Shown: one piece after another, positions 10,301 through 19,174 of the stretch
Numbering within the stretch: the stretch's first letter is position 1
Layout: every line of letters begins with the position of its first letter
Source of the DNA: an uncultured Bdellovibrionales bacterium
GTDB lineage: Bacteria; Patescibacteriota; Minisyncoccia; Moranbacterales; GWC2-37-73
Length of the DNA stretch: 64,000 bases
Direction: 5' to 3'
Assembly: GCA_964609855.1 (NCBI GenBank)
Contig: CAZSTB010000001.1
Coordinates: forward strand, 27,854 to 91,853
The notes under the pieces: generated by a model
What the model was told of the DNA's origin: nothing
Database searches by the model: none
What the model saw: only the letters and a program-made list of their open reading frames with translations
Position numbers and translations under genes: made by a program

Positions 10301-10385
10301 TGGTATGATCGCAATGGAGCAAGATGGAATTTTGAAAGTATTGGAGGGAGAAACTTCACTTGAAGAAGTTGAGCGAGTTATTTGA
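7368..10385 (+). CDS. Tandem-duplicated type II secretion / type IV pilus assembly ATPase (two complete GspE/PilB units fused, 1005 aa)
   Basis: Each half has Walker A (GPTGSGKTTTLYA / GPTGSGKTTTLYS), Asp box, Walker B (ILVGEIRD / MMIGEIRD), His box (TLHTNNA / TLHTNDA) and a tetracysteine CxxC...CxxC motif. N-terminal T2SSE_N-like region present. Start codon uncertain (7368 or ATG 7443). Confidence 0.85.
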   Translation: MVKVSHNQLTHNSEKDEQSGKLLQRMREHSEEEQASQLANEYDLAYVDLNVFPVGGEDMQTITSEDSHRYKVVVFQKAGKEVRMGMIDPNSEEALLFIEKLKKENGWVIHLYVISNSSLEKIWKRYAEAPLLESLESLQISLTGEDLEKFEKEFGSMLELKQRIREIPTTQVIAIIMAGAVKMKASDVHFEPQEEETRMRFRIDGVLQDIGKFPNDTYRFILSRIKMMGKMKINIRDIAQDGHFSVEMESGKINVRTNIIPGNHGESVVMRLLSQADIMLSVEDLGLRGLAYEHVQKEIAKPHGMILTTGPTGSGKTTTLYALVNKLNTAGVKIITIEDPIEYEVKNVSQTQVAKDRNYTFAEGLRAVVRQDPDVILVGEIRDDETADISVNAALTGHLVLSTLHTNNAPASIPRFIELGIKPNLIAPSVNCFIAQRLVRKLCQHCKEEYVPARETSDSVKKILSIISPKAKLEIPKTIEKLYRPKGCDKCHMLGFKGRIGIFEVLTISENIEKLILEMGGEREITQTALEDGMITMAQDGILKAIEGLTSMEEVWRATGQTEFLEEIYEKLMEQSMSRSIEIPEEDLIIVSDAMSSIENLKQLIQTTNQKNIAKYVFASSLMLNVGDIHIEPEENSVKIRYRMDGILQTIAEIPLTEYPSFLGAIKFLSGFSTEIRGGVMDSRFSIALEKPFKNITETKVDVRVSIILGGYGETVVMRLLNKSSVALDLEKLGIRKQNLERILHAAKKPNGVFLNTGPTGSGKTTTLYSILKVLNNPEVKIISVEDPIEYQLEGILQTAVDDKNGYTFATALRALLRQNPDIMMIGEIRDEETANIAVQAALTGHSILSTLHTNDAAGSIQRLINMGVRSDDLATAVNALMAQRLVRKLCDCKTPRNLSDDEKLSMQKSLASLSEKAGIQIPAIQQVFEPNGCEKCNKIGYKGRTTISEVLVIDREIEEMITQGASSSQIRDKAIENGMIAMEQDGILKVLEGETSLEEVERVI

Positions 10386-10440
10386 TGCTTGTTTGGATTG
10401 TGGCGGTTGAAAGGGCCTTAAAGGAATTTTAAGAATAAAA

Positions 10441-10475
10441 AAACCTCCGTAAATGGAGGTTTTTTTATTTTTTGC
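10441..10475 (+). terminator. rho-independent terminator after the tandem GspE gene
   Basis: Stem cctcc/ggagg with a gtaaat loop, followed by a T-rich run (10460-10475). Confidence 0.7.
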
Positions 10476-10482
10476 GTTCATT

Positions 10483-10631
10483 GGTCTGTAGACATATCCC
10501 AGGAAATAGATCCCCCGGGGAAGCGACAGTGTCGAGGAGAACCGCAGCCGAAACCGCCGAACCCATGTCTGGGCAAAAAAAGTCGCCGAGATTGAGGACA
10601 AAAGATAGAAGCCCCCAACTGTCTACAGGTC
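10483..10631. other. GC-rich (about 55% GC) structured intergenic element bounded by 9-10 bp inverted repeats; candidate small ncRNA or MITE/REP-like element
   Basis: gtctgtagaca (10484-10494) pairs with tgtctacag (10621-10629). Internal palindromes ccccgggg and cgacagtgtcg. Sits in the long leader between the GspE terminator and ruvB. Confidence 0.3.
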
Positions 10632-10917
10632 AATGAAAACAAATAATTATTGATGTACTTACCACTCGATTTAAAAGTATAGCATGGGTAATTTTTTTTG
10701 TCAATAGCTAATTTGTTAACAGCTAAAAAGAAGCCTCATTAAGCCAATTATTTCTTTAAATCAAGCTTCTATGTTGTAATACGCAAACCAAAGTCATTAT
10801 GTTTCACTTTTTGTCACTTTTTTTAAATAATTTCTTATGTGGTGTCATAGTGGAGATAAAAGTGTTATTATTACTAAGGATTAAAGTAAAAGGTAATAAG
10901 AATTTGAGAAAAAGTAT

Positions 10918-11925
10918 ATGATAACGACTTCAGAAGAACAAGAAGAAGACTCAGGATTAGAAACAACTTTACGTCCTCAGAATCTTGGAGAATATGTCGG
11001 ACAAAAGAAAATTCGCAAAAATTTGCAAATGTTTATTGATGCCGCCAAGAAACGCGGTGAAGCAATTGAGCATGTGCTGCTTTATGGTCCAGCAGGATTG
11101 GGTAAGACAACCTTGGCGCATATTATTGCAAACGAGATGGGTGTAAACATAAAGGTTACTTCAGGTCCAGCCATAGAAAGAGTGGGTGATCTAGGTTCGA
11201 TATTAACAAATCTCCAAGACGGCGACGTGCTTTTTATTGATGAAATCCATCGTCTAAATAAATTGATTGAAGAAGTGTTGTACCCTGCTATGGAAGACTA
11301 CAAATTGGACGTCATCATTGGAAAAGGTCCTTCCGCCAGAACCTTGCAATTGGATCTTCCAAAGTTTACACTCATCGGGGCCACTACTCGTCTTGGTGCG
11401 CTTTCAAATCCACTCAGAAACCGTTTTGGTGCGATTCATCGCTTGGAGTTTTATGATGAGGATGAGATGAAAAAAATTATCTACCGCTCTGGAGGAATTT
11501 TAGGCGTTGAAATGGAAGATAACGGCGCACGTGAAATCGCACTTTCAAGCCGTAAAACACCTCGGGTAGGAAATAGACTTATCAAGCGTGTGCGAGATTT
11601 TGCTCAGATAAATGACCATCCGACAATTACTAAGGATATCGCCAGGCAAGCGTTGGAAATGATGGACATTGATGAATTGGGACTTGAGCCAACAGATAGA
11701 TTTATTTTAGAAACGATCGCTTTAAAATTTAGCGGTGGGCCGGTTGGCATTGGAACAATTGCGGCTGCTACTTCGGAAGAAATTGAAACTATTGAAGATG
11801 TCTATGAACCTTTCTTGATACAATTGGGCTTCTTGATTCGCACACCGCGCGGACGCATGCTGACAGCAAATGCCTATCACCATCTGGGGCTTCCAGTGCC
11901 TGAAACGCATCAAAAAATAGTATAG
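10918..11925 (+). CDS. ruvB: Holliday junction branch migration ATPase RuvB
   Basis: [22 protein letters not shown] Walker A, DEIHRL Walker B, RuvB-typical C-terminal winged helix. Confidence 0.95.
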   Translation: MITTSEEQEEDSGLETTLRPQNLGEYVGQKKIRKNLQMFIDAAKKRGEAIEHVLLYGPAGLGKTTLAHIIANEMGVNIKVTSGPAIERVGDLGSILTNLQDGDVLFIDEIHRLNKLIEEVLYPAMEDYKLDVIIGKGPSARTLQLDLPKFTLIGATTRLGALSNPLRNRFGAIHRLEFYDEDEMKKIIYRSGGILGVEMEDNGAREIALSSRKTPRVGNRLIKRVRDFAQINDHPTITKDIARQALEMMDIDELGLEPTDRFILETIALKFSGGPVGIGTIAAATSEEIETIEDVYEPFLIQLGFLIRTPRGRMLTANAYHHLGLPVPETHQKIV

Positions 11926-12044
11926 GAACTTAGGCGGGATGAATTTTTTTCTTCGCAGTTTAAATGTGGTATACTTGAAATATAAAAGTATCCATAAAAA
12001 AATAAAAATGTTGCCATAATTAAATATGGAGACAAAAACATAAA

Positions 12045-12269
12045 ATGCTTGTTTTGATTTTTCAAACATTATATTATCTCAGCTTGTTCTCAATGTTTTT
12101 GATGAGTATTTTTATTGTTTTTCATATTGTTTTTTACGCTTATAGTGCGGCTTCTAAGCTGATAACTCTGCTGATTTTTGTACCAGTAGCATTGGTTTTA
12201 ATGTTCACTAATTTTGCACTTTTTTCTGAACTGCCACTGGAAAGAATTTTAACCGGCATGCTACCATAG
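12045..12269 (+). CDS. small hydrophobic membrane protein (74 aa), hypothetical
   Basis: Two predicted TM helices. Precedes the bPH_2 membrane protein on the same strand. Confidence 0.3.
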   Translation: MLVLIFQTLYYLSLFSMFLMSIFIVFHIVFYAYSAASKLITLLIFVPVALVLMFTNFALFSELPLERILTGMLP

Positions 12270-12309
12270 CAAGAGGTACCTTGCTAAAAGAAAAATAAAT
12301 AAAATACAC

Positions 12310-12888
12310 ATGGACGGATTTTCAAATTTTCATTTTAATGACTTAGGGCAGGACGAGCAAATTGTGCGAGTCATTCATCGAAATTGGTTTTATTTATTGT
12401 CTCAGTTTTTTCTGGTATTTTTCGTGCTCGGAATTTTTTGGAGTGCGATTACTTTCGTGCCGATGTATTTTCCGGATTTTCTTGGCAATGTAAATGAGCT
12501 CGTCATGCTTTTCGTGCAAAATTTTTTCATGTTGGCGCTTTGGATTTACTGCTTTTTGATTTGGATTGATTATTATTATGATATTTGGATTATTACAAAC
12601 GAACGAGTTATAAATATCGAGCAGAAAGGCATGTTTACGCGCAAGGTCAGCGAACTTCGATTCAATAAAATTCAGGATGTAACAACAGAGGTTATCGGGT
12701 TTATTCCTTCGGTTTTAAATTACGGCGACGTGCAGATACAGACTGCCGGAGAACAAGAAAGATTCATTTTCAGAACAATTTCCGATCCGTATCATATTAA
12801 AAATATTCTTATGGAGCAGCAGAAGAATAATGAGAAAAAATCAACGGAACGTCTTGGTGAAATGATCAAAGAGAAGATGAATGAATAG
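12310..12888 (+). CDS. membrane protein with bacterial PH-like (bPH_2/DUF304, YdbS/YdbT-like) domain
   Basis: N-terminal TM hairpin followed by ITNERVINIEQKGMFTRKVSELRFNKIQDV...YGDVQIQTAG, typical of the bPH_2 fold. Confidence 0.55.
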   Translation: MDGFSNFHFNDLGQDEQIVRVIHRNWFYLLSQFFLVFFVLGIFWSAITFVPMYFPDFLGNVNELVMLFVQNFFMLALWIYCFLIWIDYYYDIWIITNERVINIEQKGMFTRKVSELRFNKIQDVTTEVIGFIPSVLNYGDVQIQTAGEQERFIFRTISDPYHIKNILMEQQKNNEKKSTERLGEMIKEKMNE

Positions 12889-12937
12889 GGGCGTTTCTGA
12901 TTTATAATTTTTCATATATCAGGGGGTCAAAAAAAGG

Positions 12938-15364
12938 GTGAAAGAAAAAAACGCATCCCGTGGAAAACTAATTCTACGGGTAAAAAAATCGTTTAAATAT
13001 CAAGCGATATTGGCACTGCTTTTTGCGGTGCTTTTTATTTTTCCAAATTTTTCTTATGCAACCGAATGCCCAAAAATTATTATAAGTGAACTGCAAATAA
13101 CGGGTGGGACAGGAAAAACAAATGAAGATTTCATAGAATTATTGAACGCTGGAGATGAAAACTGCAATCTCGAAGGACATCGCATCGTGAAAAGAACCGA
13201 AAACGGAACATCGGACAATTTGATTTATGAATGGCAACACGATGAGATTGTTTTGCCATGGAGATATTATCTGTGGGCTAATGCCGGCGGATTTGCTACC
13301 AAAATAAATGCCGATGTTTCGAGCAATGGATTGATTTCTAGCGACAATGGAATTGCTTTGCGATATAGGGACGATAACGGTGACAAGATCATTGATGCGC
13401 TTGGCTGGGGAGCGAGTAAAAATATTTATTCTCAAGAATATCTTTTTGAAAAAAATCCGGGCACAAATCAAAGTCTTGAGAGGAATGCGGATGGAACTTT
13501 CTTTTTGCAGACAAAACCTGAACCAAAAAACAGTTTATTTGAAAAAGATGAGGAAAAAAATGTGTGCAAAGCAGATATTTTATTTAATGAGATATATCCT
13601 TTCACAAATGAAGAATATGTTGAGGTGGTAAATCAAACAGACAGTCCATGTTTTTTGACTGGCTGGAAAATCAGCGACGAGAAAGGATATGACGAAGAGT
13701 TTCCTGATGATGCAGAAATTGCTGCGGGAGATTTTTTTATTTTAGATGGAAATCTTCATTTGAACAATGACACGGATAAGGTTTATCTTTTCAACTCAAG
13801 AGGAGAAAGAACTGATGAGCGCGAATACGAAGTGGATTTCAGCACGCAAGACAAATCGTATAGTTTTTTTGAGAATGATTGGCGCTGGACCAAATCACTC
13901 ACCCCAGCAGAAGAAAATGTTGAAAACTATGAAGAGGATGAAGAAGACTCGGTGCGTCTGGATGAACGCTCTGAACATGCCGGAACTGTTTTTATCAATG
14001 AATTTTTACCTGATCCTGAAAAGGGAGATGACGAGTTTATTGAAATCTACAACTCAGGCGATGCAGAAAGGGATTTGTCGGGATGGAAAATTCATGATGC
14101 GACAAAATCGGGAGAATATGAATTTGAAAGCCATGTGGTCATAGGAGCTAAAAAATTTCTGACTATTTTTGGGGAAGTTTTTAAATTCGCTCTCAACTCC
14201 AGTAAGGAAACTTTGACACTGCGCGATGAAGAGGGAAAAATCGTTTCCGAAATTTATTATGACAAAAGCAAAAAAGGCGCTTCCTACAATTTCAATGGTA
14301 GCATTTGGCGTTGGAGCAAATTTTTGACGCCCGGAAAGGAAAACATTTTCAACAGCGAGCCCTATGGAAAAATAAAAATTCCGGATGAGATTTATGAAAA
14401 GGTGTATGCGGAGTTTTCCGTTGGCACGGGCGACACTGATGGCGACATTGTGAAAGTTACTTGGGATTTTGGAGATAAGCATAAAAGTTATCTTGCAAAA
14501 ACACGTCATAAATATGTGAAAAAAGGAACATATGAAGGATACGTGAAACTATCCGACGGAAGTGAAGATGTCGTGCATAATTTCACCGTCAAAGTTGAAG
14601 AATTTCCACATCCTAAAGTTAAGATCACAATTGTTAATGCTAACCCAAAAGGAAGCGATACGAAATTTGAAACCATCACGATTCAAAACAAATCAAAGAA
14701 AAAAATAAACTTGAATGGTTGGAGCATCGCAACAGGTTGGAAAAATTTGGTGAATCATCCAATCAGGGAAGATGTTGAGATTAAGAAAAACAAATCCAAA
14801 GAGCTTAGCAGGGAAGTTTCAAGTTTCACTTTGAACAATAAAAAAGACAAAATAGAACTGCGCTATCCTGACGGTGAAGTCGCATATAAATTGAAATATA
14901 AAAAAGAGGAAGGCATTGAGGAGGGAGAAGTTTACAGGAAAGTTGATGGGGGATGGGAGTGGAAAAATAATAGGCAAAATTCAACAGACAAAATTCTCAA
15001 GAAGAATATGGAAGAATTGATTATTGATAATCAAGACGCAATAAGCAACATTCAAAAGACTGGAATCAGCAAGCAGCCAGATTTTAAGCAAGAAAAAGAG
15101 TTAGTGGACAGCAGCAATCAATCATCAGATAAGGAAGAAAAAGGAAATAAGCTTATAACCTTGAGCAATGAGAAAATTACAATTGAAATTCTCAAATTCG
15201 ACGCTGCTATCATTGAGAACACGAGCGTTAGGAATGTGGAGGGAAAATATCTACTTACCGGGGAAATTTCAAGTCGCGAACATTATGGAATTGTTTTTCT
15301 AAAAAAAGTTTCATCGAATGCAAATTTGAAATTGAACTTCATCCTGAATTATTTCTTGAATTAA
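12938..15364 (+). CDS. secreted multi-domain surface protein: four lamin-tail-domain (LTD) repeats plus a PKD-like domain (808 aa)
   Basis: Signal peptide. Repeated LTD signatures (IISELQITGG..EDFIELLNAGDENCNLEGHRI; LFNEIYPF..EYVEVVNQ..LTGWKISD; VFINEFLPDP..EFIEIYNSGDAERDLSGWKIHD; ITIVNANP..ETITIQNKS..LNGWSIA). WDFGDKHKSY PKD-like motif. GTG start with AGGGGG SD. Confidence 0.7.
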   Translation: MKEKNASRGKLILRVKKSFKYQAILALLFAVLFIFPNFSYATECPKIIISELQITGGTGKTNEDFIELLNAGDENCNLEGHRIVKRTENGTSDNLIYEWQHDEIVLPWRYYLWANAGGFATKINADVSSNGLISSDNGIALRYRDDNGDKIIDALGWGASKNIYSQEYLFEKNPGTNQSLERNADGTFFLQTKPEPKNSLFEKDEEKNVCKADILFNEIYPFTNEEYVEVVNQTDSPCFLTGWKISDEKGYDEEFPDDAEIAAGDFFILDGNLHLNNDTDKVYLFNSRGERTDEREYEVDFSTQDKSYSFFENDWRWTKSLTPAEENVENYEEDEEDSVRLDERSEHAGTVFINEFLPDPEKGDDEFIEIYNSGDAERDLSGWKIHDATKSGEYEFESHVVIGAKKFLTIFGEVFKFALNSSKETLTLRDEEGKIVSEIYYDKSKKGASYNFNGSIWRWSKFLTPGKENIFNSEPYGKIKIPDEIYEKVYAEFSVGTGDTDGDIVKVTWDFGDKHKSYLAKTRHKYVKKGTYEGYVKLSDGSEDVVHNFTVKVEEFPHPKVKITIVNANPKGSDTKFETITIQNKSKKKINLNGWSIATGWKNLVNHPIREDVEIKKNKSKELSREVSSFTLNNKKDKIELRYPDGEVAYKLKYKKEEGIEEGEVYRKVDGGWEWKNNRQNSTDKILKKNMEELIIDNQDAISNIQKTGISKQPDFKQEKELVDSSNQSSDKEEKGNKLITLSNEKITIEILKFDAAIIENTSVRNVEGKYLLTGEISSREHYGIVFLKKVSSNANLKLNFILNYFLN

Positions 15365-15570
15365 AAACCTTGATAAAAACGCGGTCGTCGAAAGGTCACA
15401 GTTTAGTTTTGGCATGTGATTAATTTTAGTAATCGAATTTACTTTACTCTGGGCGCGCTTGAAGCTGACGCTTTTGGATGCTAGTATTAAAAAAGATAAG
15501 TAGTTGATGTTTATATCGGGTATTTTGTGTGCACTCATACGAAATACAAGATACAAAATACTATATTCAT

Positions 15571-16287
15571 ATGTCAGGACATTCACATTGGGCAGGAATA
15601 AAGCAAAGAAAAGGGGTCAATGACGCCAAAAGAGCGAACGTATTCACCAAATATGGGCGTCTTATTACGATTGCGGCCAAAGAAGGCGGCGGCAAGCCGG
15701 AAATGAACTTCAAGTTGAAAATGGCTATCGATCAGGCGCGTTACGTAAATATGCCCAAAGAAACTATTGAAAGAGCAATAAAAAAAGGAACGGGAGAATT
15801 GAAAGATGGCGCCGAGATTGAAGAAATAATCTACGAAGGTTATGGACCTGGCAATGTCGCCATGCTTATCAAAACCGCCACGGACAATCGAAACAGGACT
15901 GGAAGCGAGGTGCGCAGCATTCTGACCAAGGCTGGCGGAAAACCAGCTAGCGAAGGTGGTGTGAAATTTATGTTCAAGCTGGTGGGAAACATTGCGGTGG
16001 CTGTTGGAGACAAAGATCCTTATGATGTTGAGATGGCAGCAATTGAGGCAGGAGCGGAGGATACTATTTTCGAAGGAGACATGGTTATCGTTTACACTAA
16101 AGTTGAAGATCTTCAAAAAGTAAAAGAAAATTTGGACAAGGCAGGCTTCACTGTTGAAGGCGCCGAACTTGTTTATGCTGCTGTCCAAAAAACAGAGCTT
16201 GATCCAGAGTCCAAAATCGACTACGAAAAACTTTTGGAAAAATTGGATGAAAATGATGATGTGCAGGAAATTTATGACAATCTGTAA
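15571..16287 (+). CDS. yebC: YebC/PmpR family DNA-binding transcriptional regulator
   Basis: MSGHSHWAGIKQRKG N-terminus is diagnostic of the YebC family. Conserved synteny immediately upstream of ruvC. Confidence 0.9.
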   Translation: MSGHSHWAGIKQRKGVNDAKRANVFTKYGRLITIAAKEGGGKPEMNFKLKMAIDQARYVNMPKETIERAIKKGTGELKDGAEIEEIIYEGYGPGNVAMLIKTATDNRNRTGSEVRSILTKAGGKPASEGGVKFMFKLVGNIAVAVGDKDPYDVEMAAIEAGAEDTIFEGDMVIVYTKVEDLQKVKENLDKAGFTVEGAELVYAAVQKTELDPESKIDYEKLLEKLDENDDVQEIYDNL

Positions 16288-16370
16288 GCTATCGCTTAAA
16301 GATTGTAATTTCTAATTTAGAATTTCGAATTTTAAATGAAACTCGAATGACTGAATGTTTTAAAAATAAA

Positions 16371-16426
16371 AATTCAAAATTAAAAAATTGATTCAAAATT
16401 CAAAATTCAAAATTCAAAATTCAACC
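16371..16426. repeat. AT-rich heptamer tandem repeat (attcaaa x5) overlapping the 5' end/leader of ruvC
   Basis: attcaaaattcaaaattcaaaattcaaaattcaacc at 16391-16425. Related aaatttgaaatt motifs recur at 61-100, 20950-20970 and 27590-27650. Confidence 0.5.
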
Positions 16427-16927
16427 AAAGCTCTTCGTGTTATTGGAATTGATCCTGGAACTGCGATTGTAGGCTGGGCGATTATAGATGAAATTGCGGG
16501 AAAATTAAATGCGGTGGCTTACGGCCATATTACTACTTCGCCGAAAAATACCACGGCCGAGAGACTTTTTGAAGTTGTGCGCGATCTTGATGAAATTATC
16601 AAGAAATATAAGCCTGAAGAATCGGCAGTAGAGGATTTGTTCTTTTTTAAGAATGTGAAGACAGTAATGAAAGTTAGTCAGGCGCGGGGTTCAATACTCT
16701 TGACTTTGCAGCAAAATTGTGTTAACATATATGAATATACACCGTTGCAAGTAAAACAGGCACTTACGGGGTATGGCAGGGCTGAAAAAAAGCAAATTCA
16801 GATAATGACGCAAAAGATTCTCAATCTGAAAAGTATTCCCAAACCTGACGACACGGCAGATGCGATTGCAATCGCTTTGTGCCATATAAACAGCCGAAAG
16901 ATGAAAGGAATAAAGAGTGGTTGTTGA
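16388..16927 (+). CDS. ruvC: crossover junction endodeoxyribonuclease RuvC
   Basis: LRVIGIDPGTAIVGWAIID (RuvC catalytic Asp motif) and C-terminal PKPDDTADAIAIALCH. N-terminus is encoded by the tandem repeat and the start is non-ATG (TTG 16388), so the true start is uncertain. Confidence 0.85.
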   Translation: MIQNSKFKIQNSTKALRVIGIDPGTAIVGWAIIDEIAGKLNAVAYGHITTSPKNTTAERLFEVVRDLDEIIKKYKPEESAVEDLFFFKNVKTVMKVSQARGSILLTLQQNCVNIYEYTPLQVKQALTGYGRAEKKQIQIMTQKILNLKSIPKPDDTADAIAIALCHINSRKMKGIKSGC

Positions 16928-17015
16928 TGATTTTAGATTTAAAATGAATCTGAAACAAAAATAAAAAGAGGTTCACTTCAATAGAATCTGCTTATTTTTT
17001 TATAAGATTAATTTT

Positions 17016-17672
17016 ATGCCAAATGTAAGTCCAATCATCCAATACTTTATTCAGCAAGGAGTGCCGCTCGACACGGTTATTTTGCTTTTCATGCTACCGA
17101 TTATTGTAACCTTGATCGCTTTTTTCCGCCAAGTTGTCGGAATTAAAGCTTTTGGAATATATACGCCCGCCATCGTGACCTTTGCATTTCTGGCTATCCC
17201 ACAGCTTCGTTACGGAGTTGTGATTTTTATTAGTGTCATCTTGGTCGGAATGCTGATGCGTTTCGTGCTTAAAGGTCTTAGAATTCTTTATCTACCGCGC
17301 GTTGCAATCACTTTAAGTATAATTGCCTTTTCTATCCTAATGCTCTTGGGAATCGGCGGTTCTTTGCAGCGAACTGGTTTAGCTTCGGTTTCAATTTTTC
17401 CTATCTTGATTATGATAACCTTGGTGGAAAAATTTGTAGCAGCGCAGCTTGAAAAAGGTAACAAGGCTGCTTTGATTCTAGCGATTGAGACGTTAGCTAT
17501 CTCATTGATAGGTTATAAATTAGCGAGCTGGCCATTTTTAATAAGTGGAATTGTTGCCTATCCTTGGCTTATATTGTTTACAATTCCGGTTAATATTTTC
17601 CTAGGTAAATGGGATGGTTTGAGACTTACTGAATATATAAGGTTTAGAGAGGTTCTGAAAAATCTTAAATAA
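17016..17672 (+). CDS. polytopic membrane protein (about 7 TM), resembling the 7TM module that partners with RimK-like ATP-grasp/DUF785 protease systems
   Basis: 218 aa, almost entirely hydrophobic helices. First gene of a same-strand cluster with four ATP-grasp genes. Confidence 0.55.
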   Translation: MPNVSPIIQYFIQQGVPLDTVILLFMLPIIVTLIAFFRQVVGIKAFGIYTPAIVTFAFLAIPQLRYGVVIFISVILVGMLMRFVLKGLRILYLPRVAITLSIIAFSILMLLGIGGSLQRTGLASVSIFPILIMITLVEKFVAAQLEKGNKAALILAIETLAISLIGYKLASWPFLISGIVAYPWLILFTIPVNIFLGKWDGLRLTEYIRFREVLKNLK

Positions 17673-17751
17673 TACTAAGTTGGTAGGATTTAAAAGATGA
17701 TATAATTAGGGCCATTGAGATCATTTCTTGCTGGTTTAATGACTTATATAA

Positions 17752-19146
17752 ATGTTTGAAGCTTTCAGAAATGGAAAAAAATTGTTGGGTATGAATGCCC
17801 GCAATCTTGATTACATTAGGCCTTACAATCGAAAACGCGCAAAGAAATTGGCAGACGATAAAATCCTGAGCAAGCGTATGCTTAAAAAGGGCGGGATTCC
17901 CGTGCCAAAATTACTTGCGAAAATCAGAACCGCTGAAGAGTTGGAAAACTTCGATTGGTCTTCTTTGCCGAATACGTTTGCTTTAAAACCCAATAGAGGC
18001 TATGGCGGCGGCGGGATTATGGTTGTATATGGAAAAAAGAAGAACAGAGCCGATGCCTGGGTTAAAGCTGATGGAAAAATTGTTACAATCGAAGACATTA
18101 AAAGTCATATTTTGAATATTTTGGATGGTGCTTTCTCATTGGCTAATATGCCTGACATCGCATTTTTTGAGGAAAGACTTACTTTACTGAAATTGTTTAA
18201 ACCTTACGCCTACAAGGGTATTCCGGATATCCGTGTAATTGTTTTTAATCGCATCCCGGTGATGGCCATGCTCAGACTCCCAACCAAGGAGTCAGGAGGA
18301 AAAGCTAATCTGCAACAGGGAGGTATCGGTGTGGGAATAGATTTGGCATCGGGAGTTACCACGACCGCTGTGATGGGCAAGGGGAACATCATTGATTATG
18401 TTCCAGGAACCAGACTTTTGCTTTCAGGTATTAAAATTCCATATTGGAAAGATATGCTGCTGCTGGCTGTAAAAGCTCAAGAGATTTCGGGAATGGGATT
18501 TTTAGGTGCGGATGTCGCAATTGATCGTGAAAGAGGTCCGGTATTTTTGGAAATTAATGCGCGTCCGGGACTTTCAATTCAAGTTGCGAATCTAAGCGGA
18601 CTTAGGGAGCGGCTGGAACGCATTAAAGGCTTGCGCATAAAAACCGCAGCTCGTGGCGTGCGCGTAGGTCGCGACTTGTTTGGTGGCGAAGTTGAAGAAG
18701 AAGTTGAGGAAATTTCGGGAAAAAAATTGATTGGAACGATTGAAAGAGTGAAACTTATTGGTCTGAAAGGAAAATTTGCAGAAATTGAAGCAAAAATTGA
18801 TACCGGAGCAGGTTTTACTTCTATTGATACCGACTTAGCTCAGCAGCTTGGCTTTGAGGATACGGTTGAGGAATTTCAAAAAATTGAAACAACCTATAAG
18901 GATATCGCTCATCTTGGAAAAAAAGAGCGTTGGGATATTTTTAAACACATTCCTCACCTTGAGAGTACCGTTGTTGTGCATAGCGCGAGCGGATCAACAT
19001 ATAGGCCTACAATCAAAATTACCGTTGTGATGGATAATGTGGTTATTCCAACTAAAGTGACTTTAATAAACAGAGCGCATTTGAAATACCCGATTATTAT
19101 CGGTAAAAGAAATTTAAAGAAATTTTTGATTGACGTAAGTAAATAG
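17752..19146 (+). CDS. ATP-grasp ligase (alpha-L-glutamate-ligase-related type) fused to a C-terminal retropepsin-like DUF785 ('putative ATP-dependent zinc protease') domain
   Basis: N-terminal 330 aa with ATP-grasp glycine-rich loop (NRGYGGGGIMVVYG) and LEINARPGLS. C-terminal 130 aa with aspartyl-protease-like KIDTGAGFTSID motif. Confidence 0.7.
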   Translation: MFEAFRNGKKLLGMNARNLDYIRPYNRKRAKKLADDKILSKRMLKKGGIPVPKLLAKIRTAEELENFDWSSLPNTFALKPNRGYGGGGIMVVYGKKKNRADAWVKADGKIVTIEDIKSHILNILDGAFSLANMPDIAFFEERLTLLKLFKPYAYKGIPDIRVIVFNRIPVMAMLRLPTKESGGKANLQQGGIGVGIDLASGVTTTAVMGKGNIIDYVPGTRLLLSGIKIPYWKDMLLLAVKAQEISGMGFLGADVAIDRERGPVFLEINARPGLSIQVANLSGLRERLERIKGLRIKTAARGVRVGRDLFGGEVEEEVEEISGKKLIGTIERVKLIGLKGKFAEIEAKIDTGAGFTSIDTDLAQQLGFEDTVEEFQKIETTYKDIAHLGKKERWDIFKHIPHLESTVVVHSASGSTYRPTIKITVVMDNVVIPTKVTLINRAHLKYPIIIGKRNLKKFLIDVSK

Positions 19147-19174
19147 GTGATTCATGTCCAGTAAAAGATGAGGT

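Noticed and set aside
10483-10631. SRP RNA / tRNA / RNase P identity for the GC-rich element
   Set aside because: Could not find the SRP domain IV motif, a tRNA cloverleaf, or RNase P P4 sequences by eye. Left as an unclassified structured element.
13139-14509. Minus-strand ORFs 13139..13471 and 14054..14509 (110 and 151 aa)
   Set aside because: Embedded antisense in the well-supported LTD-repeat protein gene.
15583-16188. 201-aa minus-strand ORF
   Set aside because: Antisense to yebC, whose product is unambiguous.
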